A stretch of DNA of 64,000 bases. It comes from a virus. The first letter of the stretch is position 1. Each line of letters opens with the position of its first letter. Both the position numbers and the translations under genes were made by a program. A model generated the notes under the pieces. It saw nothing but the letters and a program-made list of their open reading frames with translations, searched no databases and was not told where the DNA came from. The DNA is taken from the IMG/VR virus record IMGVR_UViG_3300037427_004270; one strand, given 5' to 3'. Of the stretch, positions 46,392 through 54,832 are shown piece after piece.

Positions 46392-49300
46392 TTAGCATCT
46401 AACTTTTGCATATCCATTTTCTTTGGATATATCTAGTGTCATATCAACGCAGTCTTTCAAGCTATCTAGATGAGAAATAAGGAACACTGTCTTAAACTGA
46501 GTCTTCACCATGTCTATAATTCTGATGAAGCCTTCCATGTTCTCTTCGTCTAAAGCCGTCCCTGGTTCATCCAGGATGAAAATATCTCCCTTTGGCAAGG
46601 ACGAGACATTGAGCAATGCAAGTCTTATCGCCATAGAAGCTAACGTCTTTTCCGCGCCCGAACAGTTGTCGATAGGGCGTGGCTCATATGTTGGGTGCTT
46701 GATGTAAATGTCGAGCTTATTTTCGTCGTTTTCAAAAAACACCTCAAAGTCAACTACGTTTGCAAGAACTTTTGAAACTTCCTCATTGATGATGGGGAGC
46801 TTGTTCTTGATAATATTATATGAGATACCATTCGTACTCATACTTTTCATAAACAAGTCATACGCAGAAAATTGTTTTCTACTGTCTGCCAGTTTTTCTT
46901 TCTGCTCAGTAAACATAACAGCTCTTTCCTCATATGAGCCCAACTCTTTGTGAAGAGATATCAAGCTATCCTGACATTCCTCAATAAGCGCGTCAAAACG
47001 TTCTGACATGATTATAGCACCATTCTCTCTACTTTTAAGTGAATTCAAGCTATCAACCATCTTTTTGTTTTTATTATATATTTCAACATCCTCTTCTAGT
47101 TTGCTAATGTGTTCCATCAGCTCTTTACTTTCGAGTTCCTGTTTAACGATGTTATCAGAATATTCAGATACGTTTTTCTGAAGTTTTTCCAACTTCTTTA
47201 CGTCCTTGTCATGTTCCTTTACAATCTTGCTAGCCTTTTCTGCTTCGCATGCTTTTTGTTTCTTTGCTTTGCTTGCTATAAGTTCTTGGAATGTTTCAAT
47301 TTGTCTTTCGAACTCACTCTTGTGATCTAGTTCTGCGCCGCACTCTGGACACTTTATCGTGTCGCTAGCGTTTTCTTGTTCTTCCAGAACTTTCTCAAGT
47401 TGCTTTTGCAACGAAAGAATATCTCCCTTTAGCTCCTCTGCTCGCGAAACTTTTCTCCTCATTTCAAAAGCATCGACACTATCTGTTTTTTCTTCTAAAA
47501 CAACAATGTCTTTGAGGACACCTTCCTTGTCTAAACGCAGATTGCTTATCTCCTTCTCAAGATATAATAGATCATCACTTTTTTCTTTGAGTACGCCAAG
47601 AACGTTAGAGATGTTCATGAGGCTTGCGGGGACGCTCTCTATCTCTCTGCGAATCTCTAAAATTTGCTTGTTAGTCTTTTCTTTCTTTTTTGTCAGACTC
47701 TTACATCTTTTATCTTGCTCTGATATCCGCTGCCTGACATCAGCTAGTGCTTCTCTGGACTGTTCTATCTCGGCGTCATAGTCAACGTTTTCCATAGTCT
47801 TGAGGTACCCCAAGAGTTCCTTTGCTTCATCCTTAGCGTGACGATACTTCATATCAAAAAGCTCAAGATCCAAAAACTTAGCTAGAATTTCTTTTCTTTT
47901 TGTATTTCCTTCCTCAACAAAGGCTAGTGAGCCCATCTGAGAAGCATACGATGTTAAAAGAAAATCATCCACTGAGCCAAAGCTTTTTCTGATGGCTTTG
48001 TCAGTTTGGTTTCTAGTGATCCCGTTTAATGACTGCTCTTCCCCAGAAGCCAAGTCTACTTTGCTAAAATCTAAAATAACTCTTGCCTCTTTGGACTCTT
48101 TGCCGTATAGACGTTTAGTATACTTTTCTGTCCTTCTTCTGATCTTGTATTTGTTGTGGCCAACCGTTAAGCTTACAATACCTTCGGCATTGTCTTCGTT
48201 TTGGTTAACAACGTTAATATTCTTTCTGCTGCTCTTGCTAGTTGAATTATATAATGTATAAATAAAGCTATCAAAAATAGAAGACTTGCCAGAAAAGTTC
48301 TTTCCGAAAATTCCTACAACACCACTAAGTTTATCAAAGTTTATCTTGTTGCCCTTACCGTAGTTAAAATAATTCTTCCACTCGAAGCTATCGATCTTCC
48401 ACCGAACATTGCGACTGATGTCTTCATTTTCTTCCACAATAGTATTAAACTTTTTATTAAGCTCATATACCTTTTTTAAGGTTTCTTCGTCGGTAGTATA
48501 ATCCTCAAGATACTTTGATATAAACTTTTCTTGCACAGCGATGTCTCTCATGTTTTCATCTTCTGCAAAAATATTTCTATCGTCGTCCTGATATGATCCC
48601 CTAGAGGCGTCATTAAAGACAATGCTCTCTGGCTTGAAGCGAGAACGCGCTACATCAAGGGCCTTTCTCATAATGTCGATAGGCAATCTCGTCTTCGATT
48701 GTACTCGTAAGCGAGCGCCTTCTGGAACTTTTACTTTAGCTGGTATCTTTCCTCTTGCTGTCAGAGACAAAGTTACAAATGGCTTGGGGTTCGAAAACGC
48801 CATGTGTTTGCAAGTAAAGTCATCTTTTCCTTTGATGTTCCAAAGCAAATATCCTTTATCGTTAGTCTCTCCAAAGTTCTGCTGCACTGTAGATCCCGCA
48901 TACCTAACACGACCCTCCATATCTAAAATCTGGTTTGTCTTGTGGATGTCTCCCAACATAGCATAGTCATACGGAGCGAACTCTGCAATATCTATGTCCC
49001 CATGTTCCATTTGCCAACCCAAATCTGTGCGGCAGCCTGAAACTGAGCCGTGGAAGAGGCAAATGTTCACAGTGTCATTGCTTGCTGGAACTTGCCATGC
49101 ATCTCTGTCAAACACAGATAAAACACTCAAAGAAATATTTTCCGGCAGCACAATCTCTTCGTAGTCTCTATAGACGAATAAGTTTTCGTGCTTGAGAGCT
49201 GCAGCGATGGGAGAAACAGCATCCATGCGAAAGCTATTCTTTAGGTTGCCGTCATGATTGCCAAGAATGACGTGAGTTGGTGCGATGTCTGCCAAGTTGT

Positions 49301-49496
49301 TGAGGAACTCTCTGCACATCTCGACATACTCTGGGCTGATCTGTGTCTTTGTGTGGGCAATATCGCCACAGTGAACGATGTAATCTACCTTTTCTTTTCG
49401 CAAAGACTCATACATCTCTTCAAAAACTTGTCTATATTCTTTATGATATTTTAAATTGCGGATGTGTGTATCCGCAAAATGTGCAATTTTAACCAT
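46392..49496 (-). CDS. Fused Mre11/SbcD nuclease - Rad50/SbcC ATPase (T4 gp47-gp46-like)
   Basis: HFADTH, HCGD, LGNHD, LFHG, LGDIH phosphoesterase motifs; Walker A GKNFSGKSS; zinc hook CPECG; signature CSGAEK; Walker B FILDEP; ISH. Confidence 0.93.
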   Translation of the reverse strand: MVKIAHFADTHIRNLKYHKEYRQVFEEMYESLRKEKVDYIVHCGDIAHTKTQISPEYVEMCREFLNNLADIAPTHVILGNHDGNLKNSFRMDAVSPIAAALKHENLFVYRDYEEIVLPENISLSVLSVFDRDAWQVPASNDTVNICLFHGSVSGCRTDLGWQMEHGDIDIAEFAPYDYAMLGDIHKTNQILDMEGRVRYAGSTVQQNFGETNDKGYLLWNIKGKDDFTCKHMAFSNPKPFVTLSLTARGKIPAKVKVPEGARLRVQSKTRLPIDIMRKALDVARSRFKPESIVFNDASRGSYQDDDRNIFAEDENMRDIAVQEKFISKYLEDYTTDEETLKKVYELNKKFNTIVEENEDISRNVRWKIDSFEWKNYFNYGKGNKINFDKLSGVVGIFGKNFSGKSSIFDSFIYTLYNSTSKSSRKNINVVNQNEDNAEGIVSLTVGHNKYKIRRRTEKYTKRLYGKESKEARVILDFSKVDLASGEEQSLNGITRNQTDKAIRKSFGSVDDFLLTSYASQMGSLAFVEEGNTKRKEILAKFLDLELFDMKYRHAKDEAKELLGYLKTMENVDYDAEIEQSREALADVRQRISEQDKRCKSLTKKKEKTNKQILEIRREIESVPASLMNISNVLGVLKEKSDDLLYLEKEISNLRLDKEGVLKDIVVLEEKTDSVDAFEMRRKVSRAEELKGDILSLQKQLEKVLEEQENASDTIKCPECGAELDHKSEFERQIETFQELIASKAKKQKACEAEKASKIVKEHDKDVKKLEKLQKNVSEYSDNIVKQELESKELMEHISKLEEDVEIYNKNKKMVDSLNSLKSRENGAIIMSERFDALIEECQDSLISLHKELGSYEERAVMFTEQKEKLADSRKQFSAYDLFMKSMSTNGISYNIIKNKLPIINEEVSKVLANVVDFEVFFENDENKLDIYIKHPTYEPRPIDNCSGAEKTLASMAIRLALLNVSSLPKGDIFILDEPGTALDEENMEGFIRIIDMVKTQFKTVFLISHLDSLKDCVDMTLDISKENGYAKVRC

Positions 49497-49500
49497 TCAT

Positions 49501-50463
49501 CTATCCTCTTAGTGTGGAGATTTTCTCCCGAAGCAAACCCGTGGTATTACTAATAAGCTTCGCTTTTTGTTTCCTACTATTAAACTCTTCCTTCGTCATG
49601 CATCCAACATCTTCAAAGCCGGAAACATCGATCTTAAAAACCTCTATACCATATGATAACATATTTTTGATGATTTTTATAGTCTTTTTTTCGGCATCGG
49701 CGTCGAGAGCCATGTACACTGGGGAGTCGTTTTCTACGATCTTTTGAAAGACTGGACTCTTTTCTGTTAATGTCGATCCCAACAAAGGTATTGCATTTCC
49801 TGCCTTTATAGCATCGAACACTCCTTCTACCAAGGTAATATCCTCGTGCCAGTCAACAAAAAGTTCGTTAAACACAAGCTTTTTGTTCGTTGGGGGATTT
49901 TTATACTTTATCCAGTCTCCGCTGTAAGTTCTCGCAACGAAAAAGTCTACAAGACCTTCCGTGTTAAATGATGGTATGATTATGCGACCTTCGTATTCTC
50001 CTGTGTCACAGTACCCAATCTTCCATCTTAATATATCTTCCTGGGTTATGCCTCTTTGTTTCAAGTAGTTTATTGCAGCAAACGACGTTGGCTTTCTTTT
50101 CCTGTTCGCCAATGGAGCATACTCAGTGGGCAAATTGATATTTTCTTCTTGCTCTTCTTCTTGCTCTTTCCCCATGATAATATCTTTAAGGGAGCGAGGC
50201 ACCTCTGACATATCGTGTTCGTTTTCGAATTCTTGCCACTTGGTCTTTTGGGAGAATGAGCCCCAGCGTCGGACAAGATGATATAAGCTCTTTCCCCGAT
50301 AATCACATATCCAACACTTAAACATATCCAAAGAAAGGTTCACCGACAGCTTCTTTTTGTGGTGTTTGCAAGAAGGGCAGTAAAACAAACTCTCCTCGCC
50401 GGAGTTGTAATAAGACCCTAATATCTCTTTTAGAATTTTAATTTTTTCACTTTTTACAAGCAA
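49501..50463 (-). CDS. DNA primase (Zn-binding domain plus TOPRIM)
   Basis: CPSCKHH...CWIC Zn finger; GRIIIP; VEGVFDA and LDAD TOPRIM motifs. Start moved to TTG at 50463 behind GGAG. Confidence 0.9.
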   Translation of the reverse strand: MLVKSEKIKILKEILGSYYNSGEESLFYCPSCKHHKKKLSVNLSLDMFKCWICDYRGKSLYHLVRRWGSFSQKTKWQEFENEHDMSEVPRSLKDIIMGKEQEEEQEENINLPTEYAPLANRKRKPTSFAAINYLKQRGITQEDILRWKIGYCDTGEYEGRIIIPSFNTEGLVDFFVARTYSGDWIKYKNPPTNKKLVFNELFVDWHEDITLVEGVFDAIKAGNAIPLLGSTLTEKSPVFQKIVENDSPVYMALDADAEKKTIKIIKNMLSYGIEVFKIDVSGFEDVGCMTKEEFNSRKQKAKLISNTTGLLREKISTLRG

Positions 50464-50471
50464 ATTATCTC

Positions 50472-51209
50472 CTACTCTTGGATAATTAAGTTTTTGCAAA
50501 TATCTTTTTTATAGTTCGAGAGGCTATCAATTAGTTCTCTTTTTACCTTAAAGTTGTGACCATTATTTTTGAGTACGAGCTCTTTGTCCACTCCGTAATT
50601 TATAGTCAACATGTCTCTATGTCCCTCAATAGGCTTCAGGCCCTTGTGTAGGCCGTGTGTCATCCCCACGAACACTTGCCCCTTTGGTCCAACAATACGC
50701 CTCTCTAAGCCTGGGTATTGTTTTTTAACATCCCTATCTGTCTTTCTATACATGGTTAGATCATCCAAATAGACATCGTTGCTTCCCTCTATGTAGGTAA
50801 AGGGGCCGTTCTTTTCTGTAACCTCGTTTAGGTAAATAAAAATCTTTAAAAAGTTTCCAGAAGTTTTTTCGAGAGTTCCGAGGTTCTTATCTCTGTGAAA
50901 GAGTGCCACTCCCTCGGCGGGTTGTTTGGTGAATTTTGTTCTTCTTAGATTTCCCGATCCTAAATAAAAGGGCCTGCCAGAAAAAAACAAAGAAGGAATC
51001 TCAAGAAAGTCATCTCTTAGGGCTAATTCCATACACTCATCTATCAGCCACGGTTGTGCTATTTTAGTATAATGCTTATCTTTTTGCGATAGTCCTTTTT
51101 TTTGCTTTTCTCTTTTCGAGATTATCTCAACAAGCTTATCTATGATCTTGTCTTCAACTTTAATATCGGAATATGCATATCCGTGTTTTTTAAACTTTTC
51201 TATATCCAT
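50472..51209 (-). CDS. 2OG-Fe(II) oxygenase, PhyH family
   Basis: FHRD, KIFIYLNEVTEKNGPFTYIEGS, G.KGQVFV..T.GLHKG, R.ML. Confidence 0.8.
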   Translation of the reverse strand: MDIEKFKKHGYAYSDIKVEDKIIDKLVEIISKREKQKKGLSQKDKHYTKIAQPWLIDECMELALRDDFLEIPSLFFSGRPFYLGSGNLRRTKFTKQPAEGVALFHRDKNLGTLEKTSGNFLKIFIYLNEVTEKNGPFTYIEGSNDVYLDDLTMYRKTDRDVKKQYPGLERRIVGPKGQVFVGMTHGLHKGLKPIEGHRDMLTINYGVDKELVLKNNGHNFKVKRELIDSLSNYKKDICKNLIIQE

Positions 51210-51210
51210 A

Positions 51211-51732
51211 TTAATTTTCTTTCTCCAAAAACACTTTTCCAGCCCTTGCTATAACAATGCTGTCAGCTCTATCATAGACCCCTGGCTTGAAATTACCAAA
51301 CTTTGTATATTCTACCACGAACGTAGGCTCATTGTCAAGCAAAAAGTTAACAACCTTCTCTTTTGCGTTTTCGCCACGCAACACCTTGATACCACAGGAC
51401 TTTCTAGCAGAAGAAGCAGAAAGGTACTCTGGTTTTATATTTAAGTTCTCAAAAACCATCCACGAAACGATCCCATTAAATCTACTGAGAGTGGATAGCG
51501 TTTTTGCCGAAGAAAAGCCACTTCGAAAAGATTGTAACGACTGCTCCACAAAAACGTGCTTGATGTCTTTTGTCTTGACCAGTTCTTTTATCTTCTCGTG
51601 GACAAATTTAGCCTTCTCGAAGATGTCTTTGAACTTTCTTGTGTCCCAAGCATCATTGCAAATTATGTTTCCGCTATCATCCAAAACTGTTGCTCCGGTG
51701 ATGCTCGTGCTAATATCTAAACCTAAAATCAT
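51211..51732 (-). CDS. ruvC: RuvC-like Holliday junction resolvase
   Basis: ILGLDISTSITG, VFVEQ, L.RFNG, DRADSIVIA acidic residues. Confidence 0.88.
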   Translation of the reverse strand: MILGLDISTSITGATVLDDSGNIICNDAWDTRKFKDIFEKAKFVHEKIKELVKTKDIKHVFVEQSLQSFRSGFSSAKTLSTLSRFNGIVSWMVFENLNIKPEYLSASSARKSCGIKVLRGENAKEKVVNFLLDNEPTFVVEYTKFGNFKPGVYDRADSIVIARAGKVFLEKEN

Positions 51733-52793
51733 AAATCTAACTTTAGTTTAAAAGTATAACCGTCTTTTTGCCTTTTTTTAATAGGGGTGGCTAATTTTCC
51801 TATTGCCACCAAGTTTTCATCTTCGTCGTAAATTCCAATAGATGATATGTAAGTTGTTTTTTCGAAAGATCCGCTTGCCCCATGAGGACTATATGTTAAG
51901 TTCTTTAAAGAGCGGGTGCTATTCTCCACATAAGAAACAGAGCTTGTATGTTGTAATGTCGTTTGGCCTCTTGTGATCGCCGTCTTGTTTGAAGAACAAT
52001 TGAGCTCTCCCTTTGGGGCATTCACATACATGGTCATGGTGGGGATGTCTTCTGTGCCATCAAACTCCAACTCGAAAGCTGTTTTTGTAGGATTGATTTT
52101 TGCACCAAAGTATTTCCACTTAGGGTTATCGGTGTTACCAGAGCCGTACTCGTCCGTAGAGGGCGATAAGCCCCAGGCCCCAGATAGGTATAGGAAACCT
52201 TCGTTATAGAGCGCAACGCCAGCCACAGAGCCCGAGCCGGTGCTTCCACGAGGGCCTACTTGGACAAGTTCTCCGTTTCCGTGAACATCGTGAAGTTCTC
52301 CCACCAAACTGCCCGTCATATAGATGCGACACTTAATGCTTCGTTTTTTGATTTTAGAACCAAAATGAACTGATGGTATGGATACCAAACTGTGGCTTGT
52401 GCTTCTCTTTGCTCCGTGAGCAGTAGAGGAGAATTGATATCTTGGACTCAAAGAATTATAAGAATCTAGTGCTGTCCTTAGACTGTCTATCCTAGTTGTC
52501 GTTCCCGAGTTTAAGTCAAAACGATAACTTGCACTCATAGGATATGAGCCTGTTATAGTGTCCCCATATTGCATAGCTGCATACGAGGCACTGGTTGTCG
52601 TCTTAAATGCATACTGACTGGAGTTTTTGTATATAAAGGGCTGTGCCGAGGCCACAGTTTCATTAAGATAGATGAAGCTTGACGTCGTGTTGTTGATAAA
52701 CACTTTGCCCTTATGAACCCACACACGGTGATGAGGATGGGTTCTAAGTCTGTTTATCGCTACTTCATTGTTCCGGAACTTATAGAGCGTCAT
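51729..52793 (-). CDS. Putative baseplate/tail-collar structural protein
   Basis: C-terminal YISSIGIYDEDENLVAIGKLATPIKK...FKLKLDL, paralogous to 52803-53843. Confidence 0.6.
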   Translation of the reverse strand: MTLYKFRNNEVAINRLRTHPHHRVWVHKGKVFINNTTSSFIYLNETVASAQPFIYKNSSQYAFKTTTSASYAAMQYGDTITGSYPMSASYRFDLNSGTTTRIDSLRTALDSYNSLSPRYQFSSTAHGAKRSTSHSLVSIPSVHFGSKIKKRSIKCRIYMTGSLVGELHDVHGNGELVQVGPRGSTGSGSVAGVALYNEGFLYLSGAWGLSPSTDEYGSGNTDNPKWKYFGAKINPTKTAFELEFDGTEDIPTMTMYVNAPKGELNCSSNKTAITRGQTTLQHTSSVSYVENSTRSLKNLTYSPHGASGSFEKTTYISSIGIYDEDENLVAIGKLATPIKKRQKDGYTFKLKLDL

Positions 52794-52802
52794 AAGGCCC
52801 TC

Positions 52803-53843
52803 CTAGTAATCTAGTCTGACTCTTAGGATAAGCTCGTTAGTTGGATCTTTCTTGATGGGTTCCGATAACTTTGCCACTGCCAAAAGTTCGTTATCTGCGG
52901 AATACAAACCAACAGTAGTGATGTACGACGTAGGATTGTCGCTAGCCTCGTTCTTGACCCTAATCTTACTTCCATTCAAGTAAGTCGGGTTAGAGGAGTA
53001 GTTGTATTCATTGTTTCCAATGCGGCAGAAATAAACAGTAGAGTTGAGCTCAGTCGTATTATTAAACTGAACATTTTCAATTCTGTTTCTTAACGCTGTG
53101 GCATTGTTCGTAATGCTCGACGAAACAATGGCCTGGTTGCTTGTTTTAGAACCGGAATACGCTGTTTGAAGTTTTCCTAGCGAACTCACAAATACACTCG
53201 ATGTAACAACTGCGATTCCCGCTTGATAGTAAAACAAGCCAACAGGAGTACCATAGCTGGTACCACTTGCAACAGAGGAGGTATAAAGCAAGCCATATTC
53301 TCCAGCAGGAGAGTTGATCTTGTAACTTGATGCTGCATTTGCATCGTAAAGCGTAACGGAGCCAGTAAAAGGGGAGGCATAAGCGGCTGTGCCAAATTTA
53401 AGCTGAACTGAGCCTTTCTTTACTTCATCTTTTGTGAGAAGTCTCGCAAAGTTTAGAAAGAACGCTGACTTTATTTTTGAGCCTCCAGTGAAGTCTCCGT
53501 CGGCATCAAACTCTCTGATGGAACCTGTATGATCATATCCGGCAAGAACTTGTGCCATTTGATTATAGACTTCCATCTTCTTGTCTCCGTCTACCATGTT
53601 GGTAGAGCCGGAAAGAGCTGATGTTGCGGTGAACCCACATGTAATATCGAAAATGTGGTTTGATGAAGAGCTCAAATATGGATAGTCATAGACTGACTGG
53701 AACATATTGTGAGAATAGTTTTTGATATTGTTGTCTGCGTATGTCCCCGAAACAATGCTGCCCGTAACGGGGATGCTCTCGTGCAAGAGAGTTCTCGTTG
53801 AAGCGACGTCATTGTTTAAAAGAGGTTTATAAATTGTTGCCAT
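52803..53843 (-). CDS. Putative baseplate/tail-collar structural protein
   Basis: YFCRIGNNEYNYSSNPT, YITTVGLYSADNELLAVAKLSEPIKK...RVRLDY. Confidence 0.6.
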   Translation of the reverse strand: MATIYKPLLNNDVASTRTLLHESIPVTGSIVSGTYADNNIKNYSHNMFQSVYDYPYLSSSSNHIFDITCGFTATSALSGSTNMVDGDKKMEVYNQMAQVLAGYDHTGSIREFDADGDFTGGSKIKSAFFLNFARLLTKDEVKKGSVQLKFGTAAYASPFTGSVTLYDANAASSYKINSPAGEYGLLYTSSVASGTSYGTPVGLFYYQAGIAVVTSSVFVSSLGKLQTAYSGSKTSNQAIVSSSITNNATALRNRIENVQFNNTTELNSTVYFCRIGNNEYNYSSNPTYLNGSKIRVKNEASDNPTSYITTVGLYSADNELLAVAKLSEPIKKDPTNELILRVRLDY

Positions 53844-53859
53844 GTCTTTTACCTATCCC

Positions 53860-54783
53860 TTATATCTTTTTAATTAATCTTACTGGGATATCCAAAGAAT
53901 ACCCTGTTGTTGCGCCATGAACTCGCAAAATAGTATCAATGTATCTGCAACTGGTTGGGCCTGAACCCACGTTTACTGTTCCACCTAACTCTGTAAAGAG
54001 ATAGTTGCTACTTTCCAAGTCCTGCGTTGCTTTGAGCTTTGTCATTATCGTTGTTCCGCGAGGACCAGCAATCACATGGCCACTTTCGGTGTTTGTGTCC
54101 TTGGCGATAATCTGATTCACCATAGACTTGTGAGAGTTTTCAGTTACCAAGTAGTTGGCGATCTTATCGTCATCAACGAAGTTTGGCTCCAATAGCACAT
54201 TGTCAGGCTGGCGAACAGACATAAGTCTATTGTCCATCTCTAGGCTATACTGAGTCTCTCTCAAGTCTCCATCAATATCGTTGGTGTAAGAAATTTCTGT
54301 AGTGTCCAAACCCTGATCGAGTCTAATGACTCCTTCGCCTGGTGTGGATGTTCCGTTCAAGAGTCCAGTTGTTCCAGTGACTGCTTTTTGGGTAGCGTCG
54401 TCAACTGACAATAAATAATGGTTTGTTGCAGTCATTGCAGTTCCATTTTTTTGAAGTGGGGTTTGGCCACTAGGACTTCCTTCTTGAAGCTTGATGATAG
54501 GAAGGTACTTTAAGGTGTTCCTAGCAATACTTACAAGCTTGCTTTTCATGCTGGAAGCGTTGTTGGTAAAAGCCTCTAGAACTGGTGTTCTCAGCACGTT
54601 CAAATCATAGTAAGCACTGCCACTTGAGTGCGAACCATTGTAGTTCTCGTAGTTTATCTCGTCATCGCCGAGAGCGAACTTGGCAATCTTAAAGGAGCCG
54701 TCTCCCTTTGCCAGTCTGTATCTGCCAGTGTCGGTGAGCACCGCATCTAAAATAATATCACCCGAATTGTCTAAAAAGCCCAT
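53860..54783 (-). CDS. Putative tail/baseplate structural protein
   Basis: N-terminal DAVLTDTGRYRLAKG...KFALGDDEINY resembles the tail-collar fibre N-terminus; upstream CTATTTA and GGAGG. Confidence 0.6.
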   Translation of the reverse strand: MGFLDNSGDIILDAVLTDTGRYRLAKGDGSFKIAKFALGDDEINYENYNGSHSSGSAYYDLNVLRTPVLEAFTNNASSMKSKLVSIARNTLKYLPIIKLQEGSPSGQTPLQKNGTAMTATNHYLLSVDDATQKAVTGTTGLLNGTSTPGEGVIRLDQGLDTTEISYTNDIDGDLRETQYSLEMDNRLMSVRQPDNVLLEPNFVDDDKIANYLVTENSHKSMVNQIIAKDTNTESGHVIAGPRGTTIMTKLKATQDLESSNYLFTELGGTVNVGSGPTSCRYIDTILRVHGATTGYSLDIPVRLIKKI

Positions 54784-54801
54784 TGTAGTACCTCCACCAC
54801 A

Positions 54802-54808
54802 TAAATAG
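54802..54808 (-). promoter_or_regulatory. CTATTTA motif upstream of 53860-54783
   Basis: ACTATTTATG just before the GGAGG RBS. Confidence 0.5.
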
Positions 54809-54832
54809 TATGTGATATTAGGAAATCACCTT

